Assembly: GCA_025786725.1 (NCBI GenBank) | Contig: JAHLTZ010000011.1 | Span: 1-64,000, forward strand | Reading direction: 5' to 3' | Source of the DNA: Syncephalis fuscata S228 | Lineage: Eukaryota; Fungi; Zoopagomycota | DNA length: 64,000 bases | Shown: positions 25,890 to 39,400 of the stretch, piece after piece | How the letters are laid out: the number at the start of each line of letters is the position of its first letter | Position numbering within the stretch: the stretch's first letter is position 1 | The notes under the pieces: model-generated | The model's database searches: none | What the model saw: the letters and a program-made list of their open reading frames with translations, nothing else | What the model was told of the DNA's origin: nothing | Program-made: the position numbers and the translations under genes

Positions 25890-27500
25890 TGGCTAAACCA
25901 TTATGCTTGGCAATGCAGAAAAGTATTGGACAGTACTGGGTACATAGTCCTTTAGATATACCGCTATGCTGTGGATGTGTCTATGGGTACCATGTGGCGC
26001 TCCTCGGCATAAGCAGATGTAGATAAGTAAATAGTGATTGCGTGCATCATTATGCTTCTGACGAGCAAAGGAAGCAATTGCGATATTGGAAAAATCAGCT
26101 GATAGATGCATCATCCGTTGAAACTCCGATTCCAATATTCTAGCCACTATTGGTTAAATATCACAAAACTTGTGTTGCCATCTCCTTGTAAAGATAAAAA
26201 CTAGTGTGTCTTCATTATCAGTGAGTGGTGTGACGTCTGGCAATAAAGCAAACTGGTACTTCAGTGTATAATCACCACTGCTTTATTAGACGAGTGCAGC
26301 TTACTGCATCAGGCTTCGACTACCCCAGTGCTGTGAGTACTGGCAGTGCATATTCTTTTGGGCAGTGGCAGCAAAGCTCACGCAGAAGTCGGGTGGATTC
26401 AAGACAATTCATTTGTCCGCCATTATCCTTAACCACGACGACCTCACAGACGACGAACCAATCACATCCCCTTGCCATAATAGTCGATAGTACTAACCAG
26501 CTAAAATTTCTATGCTGGCCTTTGGCATTGACTTGCAAGTCTGCTCTAAACAAGCATAATGGCTGTTTATGCCACCTTGAGGTTGGCTAGATCTTTATTG
26601 CGCTACATGTCCAAGGCTGTGCGGTAGATTGATTGTTGATAAAGCACATTTATGCTAGTAATCCTGTGCTGTTCACTATTGTGCTGATACGGTGCATCTG
26701 TTGTGGTGTGACAACACTTTGTCAGTGACATTGATGATGAATTCTTACACGCTGGCAACAGCACTATCTGAAATGCTAAAACAGAATAAAGGCCAAATCA
26801 TTGTCATTTTCTCTGCTGCTCACTAAATAGTTTGCGCAAATTAGCAAGCGTGATCTCCTATTTTTGGATATGACGTTTGTCAAAGGCGACATGCCAACTC
26901 ATTATAATGATAGCCATTAATTTTTAAATCATCAAATTGCATGGCACTCCACACATGCTTCAATTTCTGTTTTTTTTGCAAAATCCATCAATTCGTCAAT
27001 GCAACAATGCACAAGTAGACTGCAAAACAACTTAAAATTTTACTGCAAAGCAAGTGTATAGCTGCTTGTTATTTTTCTTGCAGTATAACGGATGAAATAA
27101 AGCCGAAACAATGGCAATATTGTGCACACAATACTTGAATAGGCTGAATGTACAGGCAAGTGTGTAACGAATTAACAATAGCTGCTGGCTGCTATACAGG
27201 CTGAGTTCGGCGTTTGATCCATCTACTTAACCTGTCTAAATGCCACCAACTGCCCATGCGGTATTGGCTATGCAGTTATTCGTTGCTAATTGTCGTGTAC
27301 AGTCCGTACACAGACGAAACGCCAACAAGTATTGAAATGCCACTGCTGTCTGTTTGCACTATATTTATTCATATACAGTGCCAATAATCTATACAGGTTT
27401 TCAACACCATTCACCGCCCAAAACGCTATTTTTTGGATTTCAACGAGGTCGGTGCAGTTTTGTATGCACATATTGCATATTCCCAAATGGCATTACATAG
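25890..27500 (-). pseudogene. Decayed coding region(s) of unknown family
   Basis: GC content is above the flanks, and long protein-like stretches are broken by stops and frameshifts (e.g. LKYQFALLPDVTPLTDNEDTLVFIFTRRWQHKFCDI*PIVARILESEF). Confidence 0.3.
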
Positions 27501-28026
27501 CTATGCAGCAATAGCTATCTTATCAGAATTTACAATGTTGATAGAATGCATGGTGTGCATGAAGAATATCCAAACTAAAATGAATGCATATTTAAAAAAC
27601 GCACTGATATAGCCTAAAAATGGAACTTCAGAATGGTTCTATTAAGTACAAAGCTAACAACTCAACTTGTATGTACTTTACTAAATATATTTAAGCTACT
27701 TTTATAGCTTATTTAATAGTTCTGTTGTTTTGTGCTTAGCAATATTACAATATTTATCGTCAATAGCTATAGTGGTAATGTTTTACTAAAATACAGTATT
27801 GTTATAGCAATATGAATGCGCAGTAATTGACTAGTTATCACTGCGATTCATAATAATGAGGGCTATATTGCATCGTAACCAATACTATACACTGTTGGCT
27901 TATTAGTGATTTGTGTTAAATGGCTACATTTATTAATATTGCACAATTAGACTAAACATTTTTTTATTAAGTATAGCGCCAAGCAATGAATTTTAGTAAA
28001 TAATTAAATCTTTGATTACGCCATCA

Positions 28027-29136
28027 TTTGAGGGTCAAAAGACTAAACTTAATAGTATTTGTGCTATTGAGCTAACATTTACTTTATTGAGCATGGAGCC
28101 AGAGGGTGAGTGACATCTGTCAACAAAGTATTTATTGTTATAGGTTTATTATTCAGTATGCATATATTCTCTATTGCAAATAACATTATATCATTATTTC
28201 TGCACAATATTGCGTTGTTGCTATTTGCATTGACTTATTCGCAATTTCTTCCAATTCCATATCAATATATTTTCTTTTAAATCTTTATTCCTATATATGC
28301 TTTATTACTTGACTTAAAGACCATCAGAATCATAGCTAGCTGGCATTAGTTATAAACAACTAAACCAATAGGCACTTTTAATAAACCAATAAATTTACAT
28401 GTACTTGTATTGATTGAACAAATAATACAACTCAATGGACAAAAGAAGTTAACTAAGTCAGTTTTTATCAATAATAGATCTAGAACCAAACGGGCAACGG
28501 TTCTGTACAGCGCGTGTCCAATATATAATAAACTGATAAACATTATAATGAAGATATAGACTGAAACAACAATTAGCCATGCCGAAGTTACAGTGTATAT
28601 TGGCTAATGAGTGAATGACCTGAATTAGCTGAGATTTATTAATGATAAGGCTAGAACAAAAATAAAAACAGTTTTCGACAAAGAAAACTAGGCGATTATA
28701 GAATGACATAGAATAGAATAAATATGCGATGAGAAGGGTGCAAATATTGATGTTAAAGTTGTAGTGTATAAAATGCAGTAAGGGAAATGAGTAAAGTATA
28801 TTGGAACATATAAACAATAAAATGTGTCTAGTGTATCGTAGAATGATATATAGTAGTGTGGGACAGAATGGCAATGATATAGGTAAATGGTGGATATATG
28901 CATACTGGATAACGAATCTATGATGACGAGTATTTGATGACTGATGTCACTCACCACCCATCACCATGTTCAATAGATTGGGCGTTATTAAATATTAGTC
29001 ATTTGTCCCCCAAAAAAGCAATAAGTGTGATGATGTGACGATTAAATAAAACTCACCACTTGTCCCCATGTTCAATAGATTGAATGTGCAGTGCAATTGC
29101 GCGAATGTTATAAAAAAGAGTCATTTGGCCCCCAAA
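28027..29136. mobile_element. Decayed DNA transposon-like element with terminal inverted repeats and a duplicated right end
   Basis: 28085-28122 matches the reverse complement of 28938-28975 at 30/38, and 28027-28054 matches the reverse complement of 28986-29014. Right-end motifs recur at 29051-29136. The interior holds a stop-riddled reading frame. Confidence 0.65.
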
Positions 29137-29307
29137 TTATAATAATCTAGTAATAAAATGTTTAAAATTAATGTAATAGCCTCGATATAAATAAGATATT
29201 TAACTAAATAAATTGTTGATGCTGTTCTGCCATGCATAATATTAAAATAATAATAAAAGCATGCAACATTTGCTAATAACTACGCCAAAGCTATTTATTA
29301 CTATTGC

Positions 29308-31234
29308 TTATTTTTTCAATGTACCAACAACAGTGTCTGGCGCATATTTCTCAACAACATCTGGCTTATGCAGCATATTGAATTCTTCGGTAGCATCCTT
29401 GCCAGCAAATAACAGAATAGCTTTCTTGCCGCCAGGATGATCACCTAAAAAGTTGGTTACATCTAGAACTTGGCCGTTGACAATGACCCAGCAATCTTTC
29501 TCGGTGTTATGTTTGGCTACTTCAGCAGCAGTATACTCGCCTAGCTTTTTGGGTGGTGCTGTAGCAGGCTTGGCCGGTTCAGCAGCAGCAGCAGGAGCAG
29601 CACTGGTGGTGGTAGCTGGTGTATTTACAGCAGCAGCGTTGTTTTGGCCCGTAAATCCAAGGTTAAGCTGGACTCGAGTGTTTGGAGAAGGTTGCTGAAC
29701 AGAAACATTGATAGTAAATGCAGCATTTGGATCCAACTGTTGGCCAAGGCCTGCCAAACGGCGCTGGGCAGCTTCAGTTGAGACCAGCTGATTTAATTGG
29801 TAACGAGCAGCTGCGTCGCCAGCTACACGTCCAAATACTACACAGCCTAGCAAAGAGGAGCCACCAAGACGATTGGCACCGTGGACACCGCCAGCTACTT
29901 CGCCGGCAGCGAATAGGCCTTGGATAATCTTATCGTCGGTTGTGCGCACTTGTGAGTTGGCTGTAATGCCAATACCGCCCATTGTGAAGTGGAGCACCGG
30001 TGTTACAATGGCAACGTGGAAGTCATCGGTAACGCTGATAGGCACATTGTGGAAAAATTTCTTTCCAAATGGATCTTTCTTGGTGCGAGCAATCTCGTTA
30101 TACTTGTTGAATGTGTCTTCGAGCTTGTTGACAGGAATGCCAAACTCTTTGGCAAGTGCTTGGCCATTGGCAAAATGTTTCATCAAACCACGGCCTGCGT
30201 AATGCTTGCAATGCCACTCAATCTCTTTAGAAGCGGCCGTATTAAGTACTAAACGGAATGGACCCTTGTTCTTCCACATTTCACCTGTAACGTAATCACG
30301 ATGGCCCAGTTCATCGCAGAAACGATTACCATTGGCGTCCAATAGTAGACCACCAACACCACGAAGAGCTTCGGCAGCAAGGAATTTAACTTTAGCATCT
30401 GGCTCTTTAGGATCGACTAGACCAGTGGGATGGACTTGCACCTTCTCCAAATGCAACGTCTTTGCACCAATAGACATGGCCATTTTTTGGCCATCACCGG
30501 TCGACCAGTCACCGTTTGTGGTGGGTAGATCGTAGATATCGGGCCGGTGCTTCTTAAGCAATGAAGTTTCAGTGAAATCGGCTGCGTAGCCGCCTGTTGC
30601 TAGGATCACTGGGCCATGTTCCACGTGCTTTTGTTTGTCGGCCGTCTCGTATTCAACACCAATGACTCATTGGCATCGTTACGGACCAGACGCGTAACAT
30701 TTGCCTTGGTCAAATAGCGAGCACGAGCAGGCTGCTCCTTGGCAAATGTTTCAAACTTTTCCATAAGCGCGTAGGTAATGGTCATGCCAGGGAAGCGCTC
30801 TTTACCACGATGTGTACGAGGCTGAGAATGGCCACCAAGACGGGATACAAGCGAAAGATCAAGCTCAAACTTCTCCTTAAGCCATTCGACGGCAGATGCG
30901 CTATTGTAGGTAAGTACATGGGTCAAACTTGGATCGATGAGGTCACGCGCTGAACGAGCACTATCTTCATAAAAGATCTTGGCACTATCCTATATCCATG
31001 ATAGGTTGTTAATACTTTTATTATACGTATACACCCCTTTTCACTTACCGGGATACCAAGTTCAATTTGCGTGTTGGTAAGCGCGCCGTTAATACCAGAG
31101 GTAGCCTTGGTGGAATTACCACCCATGAACGAGTTTTTGTCAAGCAGTAAGACATTACCGCCACGTTCAAGGATTGTATGGGCAGCCGATAGACCGGTTA
31201 GACCGCCGCCTACAACAATAATTTGATTGGACAT
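29308..31234 (-). CDS. OSM1: Soluble FAD-dependent fumarate reductase (Osm1/Frd1-like) with C-terminal cytochrome b5 domain
   Basis: IIVVGGGLTGLSAA, GGNSTKATSGING, LGGHSQPRTHR, QVHPTG, EALRG, LHFTMGG, GVHGANRLGGSSL and the b5 motif HPGG. One intron at about 31048-30990; apparent frameshifts near 30925 and 30660. Confidence 0.92.
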
Positions 31235-33021
31235 GATGGAAAGATATAGAAGGTAAAGTGCCAACAAATGTCAAATAAGTAAACAAATAGAAGTGAATAC
31301 AGGATAATGGTAGAGATTGAAGTAGGGAAAAAGAAGCGATCGCGTCATTCGTTAGCAAACAAGCGGGGGCATCGGCTTTTAAGCAACCGCCCACCTAAAT
31401 GGCACGTGATTCTGCATTGTTGTGAATTGGACTAAAAGTCCGAATAACACTGGCCTTCATAGGTACACGTTCTTTCCATATTCAGAATACGCGGATAACA
31501 TACGCTCAATGTAAATACGCAAATGATTGCCCTTCATCTTTTAGAATATGTTCTATGTTAATAATAATCCATTGTTATTTAACTAAATTTTATAACAACA
31601 TATAATGTTTATTATTATCAATAACATGTTCTATATTAATAACAACTTAGTTTTAGGAATTAAATGATTTTATTTTATATATTTATTCATTTACTATTAA
31701 TCTGTTCTATATGTATCAACATGTTGGGTAGATTGACTTTTATTATTTACACTCCATTTATTAATCAATTAAACTCGGCTGTTTATAAATATTGACTGAC
31801 AGGCTCACATTCACAATCTACGTCATCACATTTCCTTTCTCTTTCTTTACACTTGACAGCATATATCATTGATATACTTGTACTTGTTTACACACAGTGT
31901 TTTAATTATTTTATACTTTATTGCTATTGACATTATTAATAAAAATACTTTTAAAATTTAGCTTGCAACTAAAAAAGATAAGAAAGTAGATGCTGTTTTT
32001 CTAAGCCGATAAAGTTTTTAAATATTAAATATATTGCAATATTCATTAACAAATGGGTAGTAAAGCCTAAATTTGAACATTCTAATCTATTTATTTGTCG
32101 TTGATCTTATTAAACGGTGATAAATGCATTATCATTAAAATTATTATTATAAATCATAGTTAATATTTTATTACACGATTAATTTTTAATTCATTCTAAT
32201 AGTTTGTTATCAAACTGTAAGCTTGAATATAGTTCATTTGCAAATAATGATTTAGTAGCTGTATGATACTAATTATTGCAGTACTATTCTGCCGTTAACT
32301 GCATTGTCAACGCAATAGAATTATGCTATCGGCCGAAGCTGTATCGGAATCAAGTTACCAGAAATTATATAAATATATAAAACCAATAACAGCAATTTGA
32401 CTTTCTATTTTGTTGCGTATTTATCAAAGAGGCAGCTATAGACAGTTAAACGTGCCATGGTTTCTACAAATATCAATGCAACTACAAACACGATTATATT
32501 GCGTAAATTCAACTATAGGAAGCAGTGAGCCAATAAAATAATGACACTACATACGAACAGTTAGCAGCAATACTCCATACTTATATCGATATAATAAAAA
32601 TAATCGGCTAAGTTCTATACCGTTGCCCCGGCTATTCTACTCTGACCACGCCACATAGCTATTACCATATTCGTTCTAATCCATTAACGTGGCAAATCAA
32701 CTACTAATCTGAGTAAAAGGTGGTATTTGAATTTAAAATCAGCACTTTCAATTACCATATATATCATTAGTTTCCGTTTTAAGCCGTAATTCAATTATTT
32801 TGTTCTACTTCCATGCTGTTCATTATCAAAATACACGTTTTTTGCTTAAACAGTAAAGCCTGTATTGATTGCCATATGCTGCGATTTGCTATAAATAATC
32901 AAATAATCCGCCACTTTTATTTCTTTATTTCACACAACTCATTTTATGCCTATTATTTTTTATTGTTGCAATCATAATATTTTACGAAACTACAACGATA
33001 CAAACATTAGACAAAAACTCA

Positions 33022-34181
33022 ATGCTGCTACTTAAAGACAAATATATTTTAGCACTACTAGTGGCGCTATCGGTTGGTCAAAGTGTACTGGCATCACCGA
33101 CAATATTTAAGAAAGAAGAAGGTAAAAAGTAATGTATTTAATTACAACACAGTAATACTCATTGTGTAATGTTAGATGCAGTTTTTGGGTATCAATTAGG
33201 CCAACCTGGCGCATTTGGTATCAAGGAGCTTACTATTCGCACACATGCAGAAAAACACGAAATGGCATATATTATGGCTGCAAGCTATCATGTAATAGGT
33301 GACCATGAACGCTATAGTGGAGTTATATGCGGAAAAAAGGAAACCAAATACCACACATTTAGACTATACAATGTATGTATATACAACACTATTTTAAACA
33401 TTAAACGTAATAATTTCGTTGATAGAGCTGTATACTGAAGATTTCAACGCATATCAGAGTAAATCACCACCACATTTCTTCTATGCTATTATTAGAAAGT
33501 TTTTTTCAAAAGATGGTCATACTTGCTACATCATTGTTCGGCCAGAGTGTAAACAAATGTTGTACAATTATATGGATAATAGGCAAGCATCGGGAGAATT
33601 GCTAGAATCCAAGTTTTCCGAACTTATAAAAAGCAAGTATATAACAATTGTAATAATTTTCTACTAATGATTAACTGAGCAGTTATACGCGATATGAAAG
33701 CAAAAGGATGGTCGATTAGCGACTCTTTTCACGGTAAATTGAATATTTATTTATTTATATTATACTAATATGACCATTAGATGCATACGTTACAAACAAT
33801 CGCATAGTGTTTAAGTCTGTTAGTAACATACGTCCTATCAAAGGTCCTACTTCTTCTCTTTACGGAGGAATGACCAATGCTGATATTATCGAAGCAAACG
33901 ATGAATTATGGAGTAACTTGGCAGCTCTTTATCAAATATTTACGCGCACTTTGACATTTAATGAGGCATTAGAATATGTCAGAAATAAATACAAGGATTT
34001 AGCAATACCGACAATCGATCCACCTTCTTACTACCCACGACGATACGGCAAGCATCACTATGATCCTATGGTTGATAGTACCCCTGTTATGGATTTTCAA
34101 GGATCCTCAACATGGGATAGCAATGGTCAGGAAATCCCACCGGTTTATGACAGAGGATTATACAATGGCATTACTAGTTAG
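33022..34181 (+). CDS. Secreted protein with a highly diverged kinase-like fold (5 exons)
   Basis: Signal peptide MLLLKDKYILALLVALSVGQSVLA-SP. KFFSKDGHTCYII, CKQMLYNYM and KFSELIK.VIRDMKAKGW parallel segments of the kinase at 15.2 kb. A close paralogue lies at 48694-49859. Confidence 0.7.
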
Positions 34182-34807
34182 GCAGCGTATAACTGAATAT
34201 ACCGCGGTATATGAGTTTATTTTCATGCAATTCTTTCATTGCAATGCAAAATATAACCTTGTTAAACCAATAAATTGTATTATACTTAAAATCTATAATT
34301 ATTTAGAAAATTAACACTGTTTATAGCATATTTACTAGAAGTAATAGTAGCTACGCCATTATGACGGCCTATAATTGGAATGAAGTAACAATAAGCTAAT
34401 ATAAACCGCTTATAAGTGCTGTAACATATAACCAAAGTATCTTATTCTGTACTAACAAAACTTTTGAATCACAATTTAAAAATAAAATAATTTTAGTTTT
34501 AACCAACAACTACACCTTTATTGTTGGTAGAATAACGAAGCTCATGTAATACATGAAAAAAATAATGTTTAAATAAAGAAATAGCAATAATCATTTTTTC
34601 TTAGTTTAATTAGTATGAAAGGAAAGGATAAAGATAAAGTACAAAATGTAACGCAATATCTATAATGAATAGAAAAAGTAGCGAATCGAGCATGCAACCC
34701 ACATTAGGCCGTATATCATTTAATTATTGCATTAGAATAGAATATAATTAATATTCTTTTATTGTGCATAATCTATTGAATGTGCTCTTTAAATAATGCA
34801 CTCAGAT

Positions 34808-36135
34808 CTAGCCAATCCACTCGATATATTCATGCAGCTCTTTATCCTGCTTCATACGTGCTAGATGCACAGCACTGTCAACCATGTAGACTTCTAGGCC
34901 ATCCTGTTGCGGCAGCATATTTTGTAACAAGCAAGTGGGCGATACTTGAGCTGTTCTAGGCGACCGTACACATATCGGATGTCCATAGCCAAAATCTAGA
35001 CTTTGTAACTCAAACTTTGTCCAATCCGAATAGCAACAATCAGTGCCCAGTATGTATTGATAGGTTCCCCTTGGAGGTGGCCATGTAACAAAAAGTTTGG
35101 CCAAATCGTTTATTTTCTCTGGTATCGTAGCAAGTGTAATAGCATTACCCGCTTCTCTTAGTCGTGCTGCTAGGTAGCCAATAGGTCGATCAAGCATATC
35201 GCCTGTCTTTCCCGTAATGGTTGCCGATATAAGTCCATTGCCGAAATAGTTAGGCGGAACGAGCGAAGGTGCCAAAAAGCGTAAATTCACCGGATAGCTC
35301 AAATGACAAATTGCATTAGCAGGTCGTTGTTCAGCCCGAAGTCGTGCTCGATATAGTAAAGCACCAAGTGCATTGGCCGTCGATACCCAAGTAATATCAT
35401 TGGCATCATTTGTGATAGGAAGCGTGTTAATGGCGGCTGCTTTAAGTGCTTGTAATTTTGAAGCACTAATTCTTAAAATGACACCTAATCGTGGACCATC
35501 ACTCATTTTGCCAATGGTAGACTAGAAATGGACGATGACAAATCATTGTGTAGGCTATTTCCTGGAATACCACAAAGTAGACTGCGGTCAAATAAAGACG
35601 GTTCAGGCTGTTCACCGCGTACAAACGATGCCCATGTAGCAATAAATCTAACAAAGCTATAAATATCCACACAATAATGATGCTGTACAACAGCGATAGC
35701 TACACCAGTATTATTGGCAAAACGTGTAATTTTTGCACCGAAAAGCATATGTTTTTGGGTAACAAGCCAGGTAGGCACGCCTAGACCACGACATACCGTT
35801 GCATGTCCCCATGAACTATCGAAAGAAGCAATAGGATAGGCCACTTCCGAAGTGTAAATATGAACGCCTTCAGTAGAAGGTTGTATTTCAGGCATGCTCG
35901 ATATGCCATAGCCTAGTCGCCCGTATAAAATAGGATGTGTATCTACAGCGCGTTTTAGTCCTTCAAGCAATGCATTTGTAGGCATAAATTCAACTGCTGG
36001 ATTACTATTTGGATAAATAAATAGACATGGCAATGGCACATTTAGCTGACTTAAATCCAAATGGCTAAATGATACAGGTAAAGGCGGCTGTGGCTTTAAA
36101 GGACGTAAACGATATCCAATACGCTCCTTTATCAT
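34808..36135 (-). CDS. BAHD/transferase-family CoA-dependent acyltransferase; frameshift near 35503
   Basis: HxxxD motif (HYCVD), PILYGRL, YPVNLR..PPNYFGN and LDFGYG. No introns seen. Confidence 0.88.
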
Positions 36136-36496
36136 TGTTGTAATTAATATAAAGCTAATATAGTACTATTAGAATAAAAGCTATAAAATTCAGTTGTAGA
36201 TATGGAATAGTAAGTATAATGACTACTATGTACAATCGATGGTATCTAGTCGACGTTCTCCTTTTACACAATGCAATGCATTGATTAGCAATACTTATTT
36301 TTATCCTTTTATAAACTTAAATTATGCAAATTCAATTAGTTTGACAACAACATGCAATAAGCCATCATCAATATTAATACAAATCTTTTCTGCTATAACA
36401 ATAAAATATAAATTTATTTAGTCTTTGTCATTCAAAGGATAAATATTAATACTAGAACAATAATACATAATTGGAATACAAGCTCTTTTCTTTTCT

Positions 36497-39400
36497 TTAA
36501 CCATCTTGACCAAACTCTACATCTAGACGAGGCGCTCCAACCGAAGACATAAATGCTGTTACAGCCAATTGATTATCGCCTGGCAGCTTATTACCAGCGA
36601 TAATGCACCGGGTAGTTACCCGACGACCTGCCTCGTGGGCCCGTCCTCGCATCATCTTTTGTAGTAGTGAGGTACGGGCCATCCAATTCTCTTCGAGCAT
36701 CTTTTGATCACGCTTTCCACTGCCAACCCCATCGGTCTCAAGCATGGAGATGTCACCATCAGCTCTACCGCCCCCTGTATCGGCACCATCCCCTGTATCG
36801 TAGGGATTATCGCAAACACGCGCAAAGAAGTGTCGCTCTTCCATAACTTGGTCGATATCCCAACCAATGACCATAAACGGCTCACCCGCCACGGCAACAC
36901 CATCATTAGTGCAGAGTTGCATGATAATGAGTCCGCTACACGTAACAGGCCGTGTGGTGGACATAATTTCAACCTTCATATTGGTTTGCGGGAATAGGTC
37001 ATCGGTAGGCGCTTCACGACAACTACCGGCAACCATACACACCATCGAGGGGCGTAATAGCAACGAGGTATGTCGATGCTGTATATTGACTGTAAGGAAG
37101 GTTGATGAACTATAGCTGTTATGGATACTTGATAATATTGGCGAAAATGGACCAGCACTAGTGTTATATCCACCATCACTATACATCATATTGCTATCCA
37201 GGGGTAATGGTGATGATACTAAGCATCCATCTAAATTAATTGACGGTTAGTAGAGTATTGATAATATATACTAATATCTGGCCTACCCATATCCCATTGT
37301 TCTAATGTACCAGGCTTTTGCAATGTCACTGTAGGATGAGCTGTTTTACTTCAACCTATACATCCAATTAGGCATCAATATATATATATATAACTACTTA
37401 AATACTACTTACCCCACTCTTAATACGAACAGATAATGATGCCATGGCACCACTGGTCATTTTAGCATTAATAGACACCGGTACATCATCGGCATCATAA
37501 TACAATTGCTCTGACTGATCAGCCTGGAATGCAGATTGAGCCATCTTTAGTAAAAACTCTTCCCATTCCTCGTCATCAATAGGCAATCCTTGCGAGGCAT
37601 CTTGTACAAGCGATACTTGCATACAATTGCCACTCTTTGTATCCATCGCTACCCGCCAACCAACTACGAGATAAATAGGCGATGATGACATAAAATTGTT
37701 AGAATTTTCAAGCACAAATACCATACATCCATCAAGTGTTTGTTGTTGTTGTTGTTGTTGTTGTAGCGTACTGGGTCCATCTAAAATGGTTGATTGATCA
37801 GATGAAGGATGATCGACCATCTCTTGTAGTATAATAATTGCTTGTTCTCCCGATTCAATAATTGGATTAGATAGACCCGATCCAACCACATCAAGTGGAT
37901 AAGCGGTAAAGAATTGAAGTCGATATCTGTACCGACATTGGCCACCATAAGTGTGAGTTGTGTTTCGGTAACTGAACCTTCAGTTGGTGTTGTGGCCAGT
38001 GGCAACATTAACGGTGAACATATCTCCTGTACTGTATCCGATTGAAGCCCTGGTGTTGCGGTAGGTGTTGGTACAGCAGTTGATTCGGCAATTGTACTAT
38101 TAAGCGATGTATTGTCATCATCTTTATGATCCAATGTGTGATTCGGACTGGCACTGGGTGTAAGTGCAGATCCAGCAAGCCATGCATGTGTTACAGAATC
38201 AGTTGCCATATTATCATCGTTATTCTTTTCTTCACTAATTTGTAACGTTAAATGTCTATATTATAAATGTTAATTAGCTAATTAACTAGCTAAATGTTAA
38301 TACACATTACCTATCAGATTCTGAAACGGATGAAGTAGATACTGCTGATGTCGCCATATCAGTATCGTTATTAACGATTGATGCTGCTGTTTTTGCTGCT
38401 GCCATATCTGCCATTAAAGTGGATGATACTGGTTCAGATGTAATAAGTACTTCGAGTCCGGTAACTTCTCCTGTAGTGCCTTTGCTTAAATGAACAGCCA
38501 GATTTAAGACATCGTTATCATCGCCCAGCTTGACTGCTCGTTGAATATCGTTCGATTCGATTAACTGCCTCTCCAATCCATTAAAGAAGCGATGTGCCAT
38601 ATCTGATTCAACAAGCATATCGGCTTGATTCGGTAGGATATGCATAGTATGTACAAGCATACGTGGCGGACTGTGTAATGATGTTTGCCATGCAATAATA
38701 AGACACGGATGCCGTTCAAGTGGCATACCATTAATGGCTCGACCCAATGCAAATATCATAAATCCAGTCATGCCACCTGAGTGGATACCCGGTGATAATA
38801 AACACGTACCATCCTGTCCACACATTAACTGTTCAACTGATGCCGACACTAATGTGCCATCAAGTGTGACCATTTTGCCAGAGAATAGTGTTAAATGACG
38901 ATGCTGATTATTCAATCGAAGTGTAAATAGTGCTGGTGCAACTAGATCACGTGGTACAGCTGTCCGGATAATGGTGCCATTTAATCGCGTTAATACACGA
39001 CCATGTCGATAACGTACTGATGATGCTATTGATTAATATTATTAATTTAATAGGTCAATATGATTAGTTTGATTTGTATTTATATATTGAGTATACTTAC
39101 TACGTGACAAAATACCAGGTGATTTAGGTGGCTGATGGTCGCTAGTATTAGATGGTGAACGACTTGGTGCCTAAATATCAATTTATTAATAAATACTTAT
39201 TAGTATTTATACTCCACTTACTCGAGCATTGTGAGACATGACAATTTGTAGACGAATGCCTTCTTCAGCATGCCAGCTTAATTCGAGCGACACTTGTGAT
39301 TGTGCCGTCTCGTCTAACGGAATACGCTGCGATGTTTGTCGAGCATCAGAACGTGGACCCGAATGGCGATTTGGCGATTTATTGGCCGTTGGTAAACTGA

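Noticed and set aside
27180-27500. Possible decayed F-box-type gene
   Set aside because: Only a vague resemblance; no F-box motif could be read, so it is left as an unassigned pseudogene.
29453-30535. Plus-strand ORFs overlapping Osm1, and similar antisense ORFs over other genes
   Set aside because: These are shadow ORFs of GC-richer coding sequence on the opposite strand.
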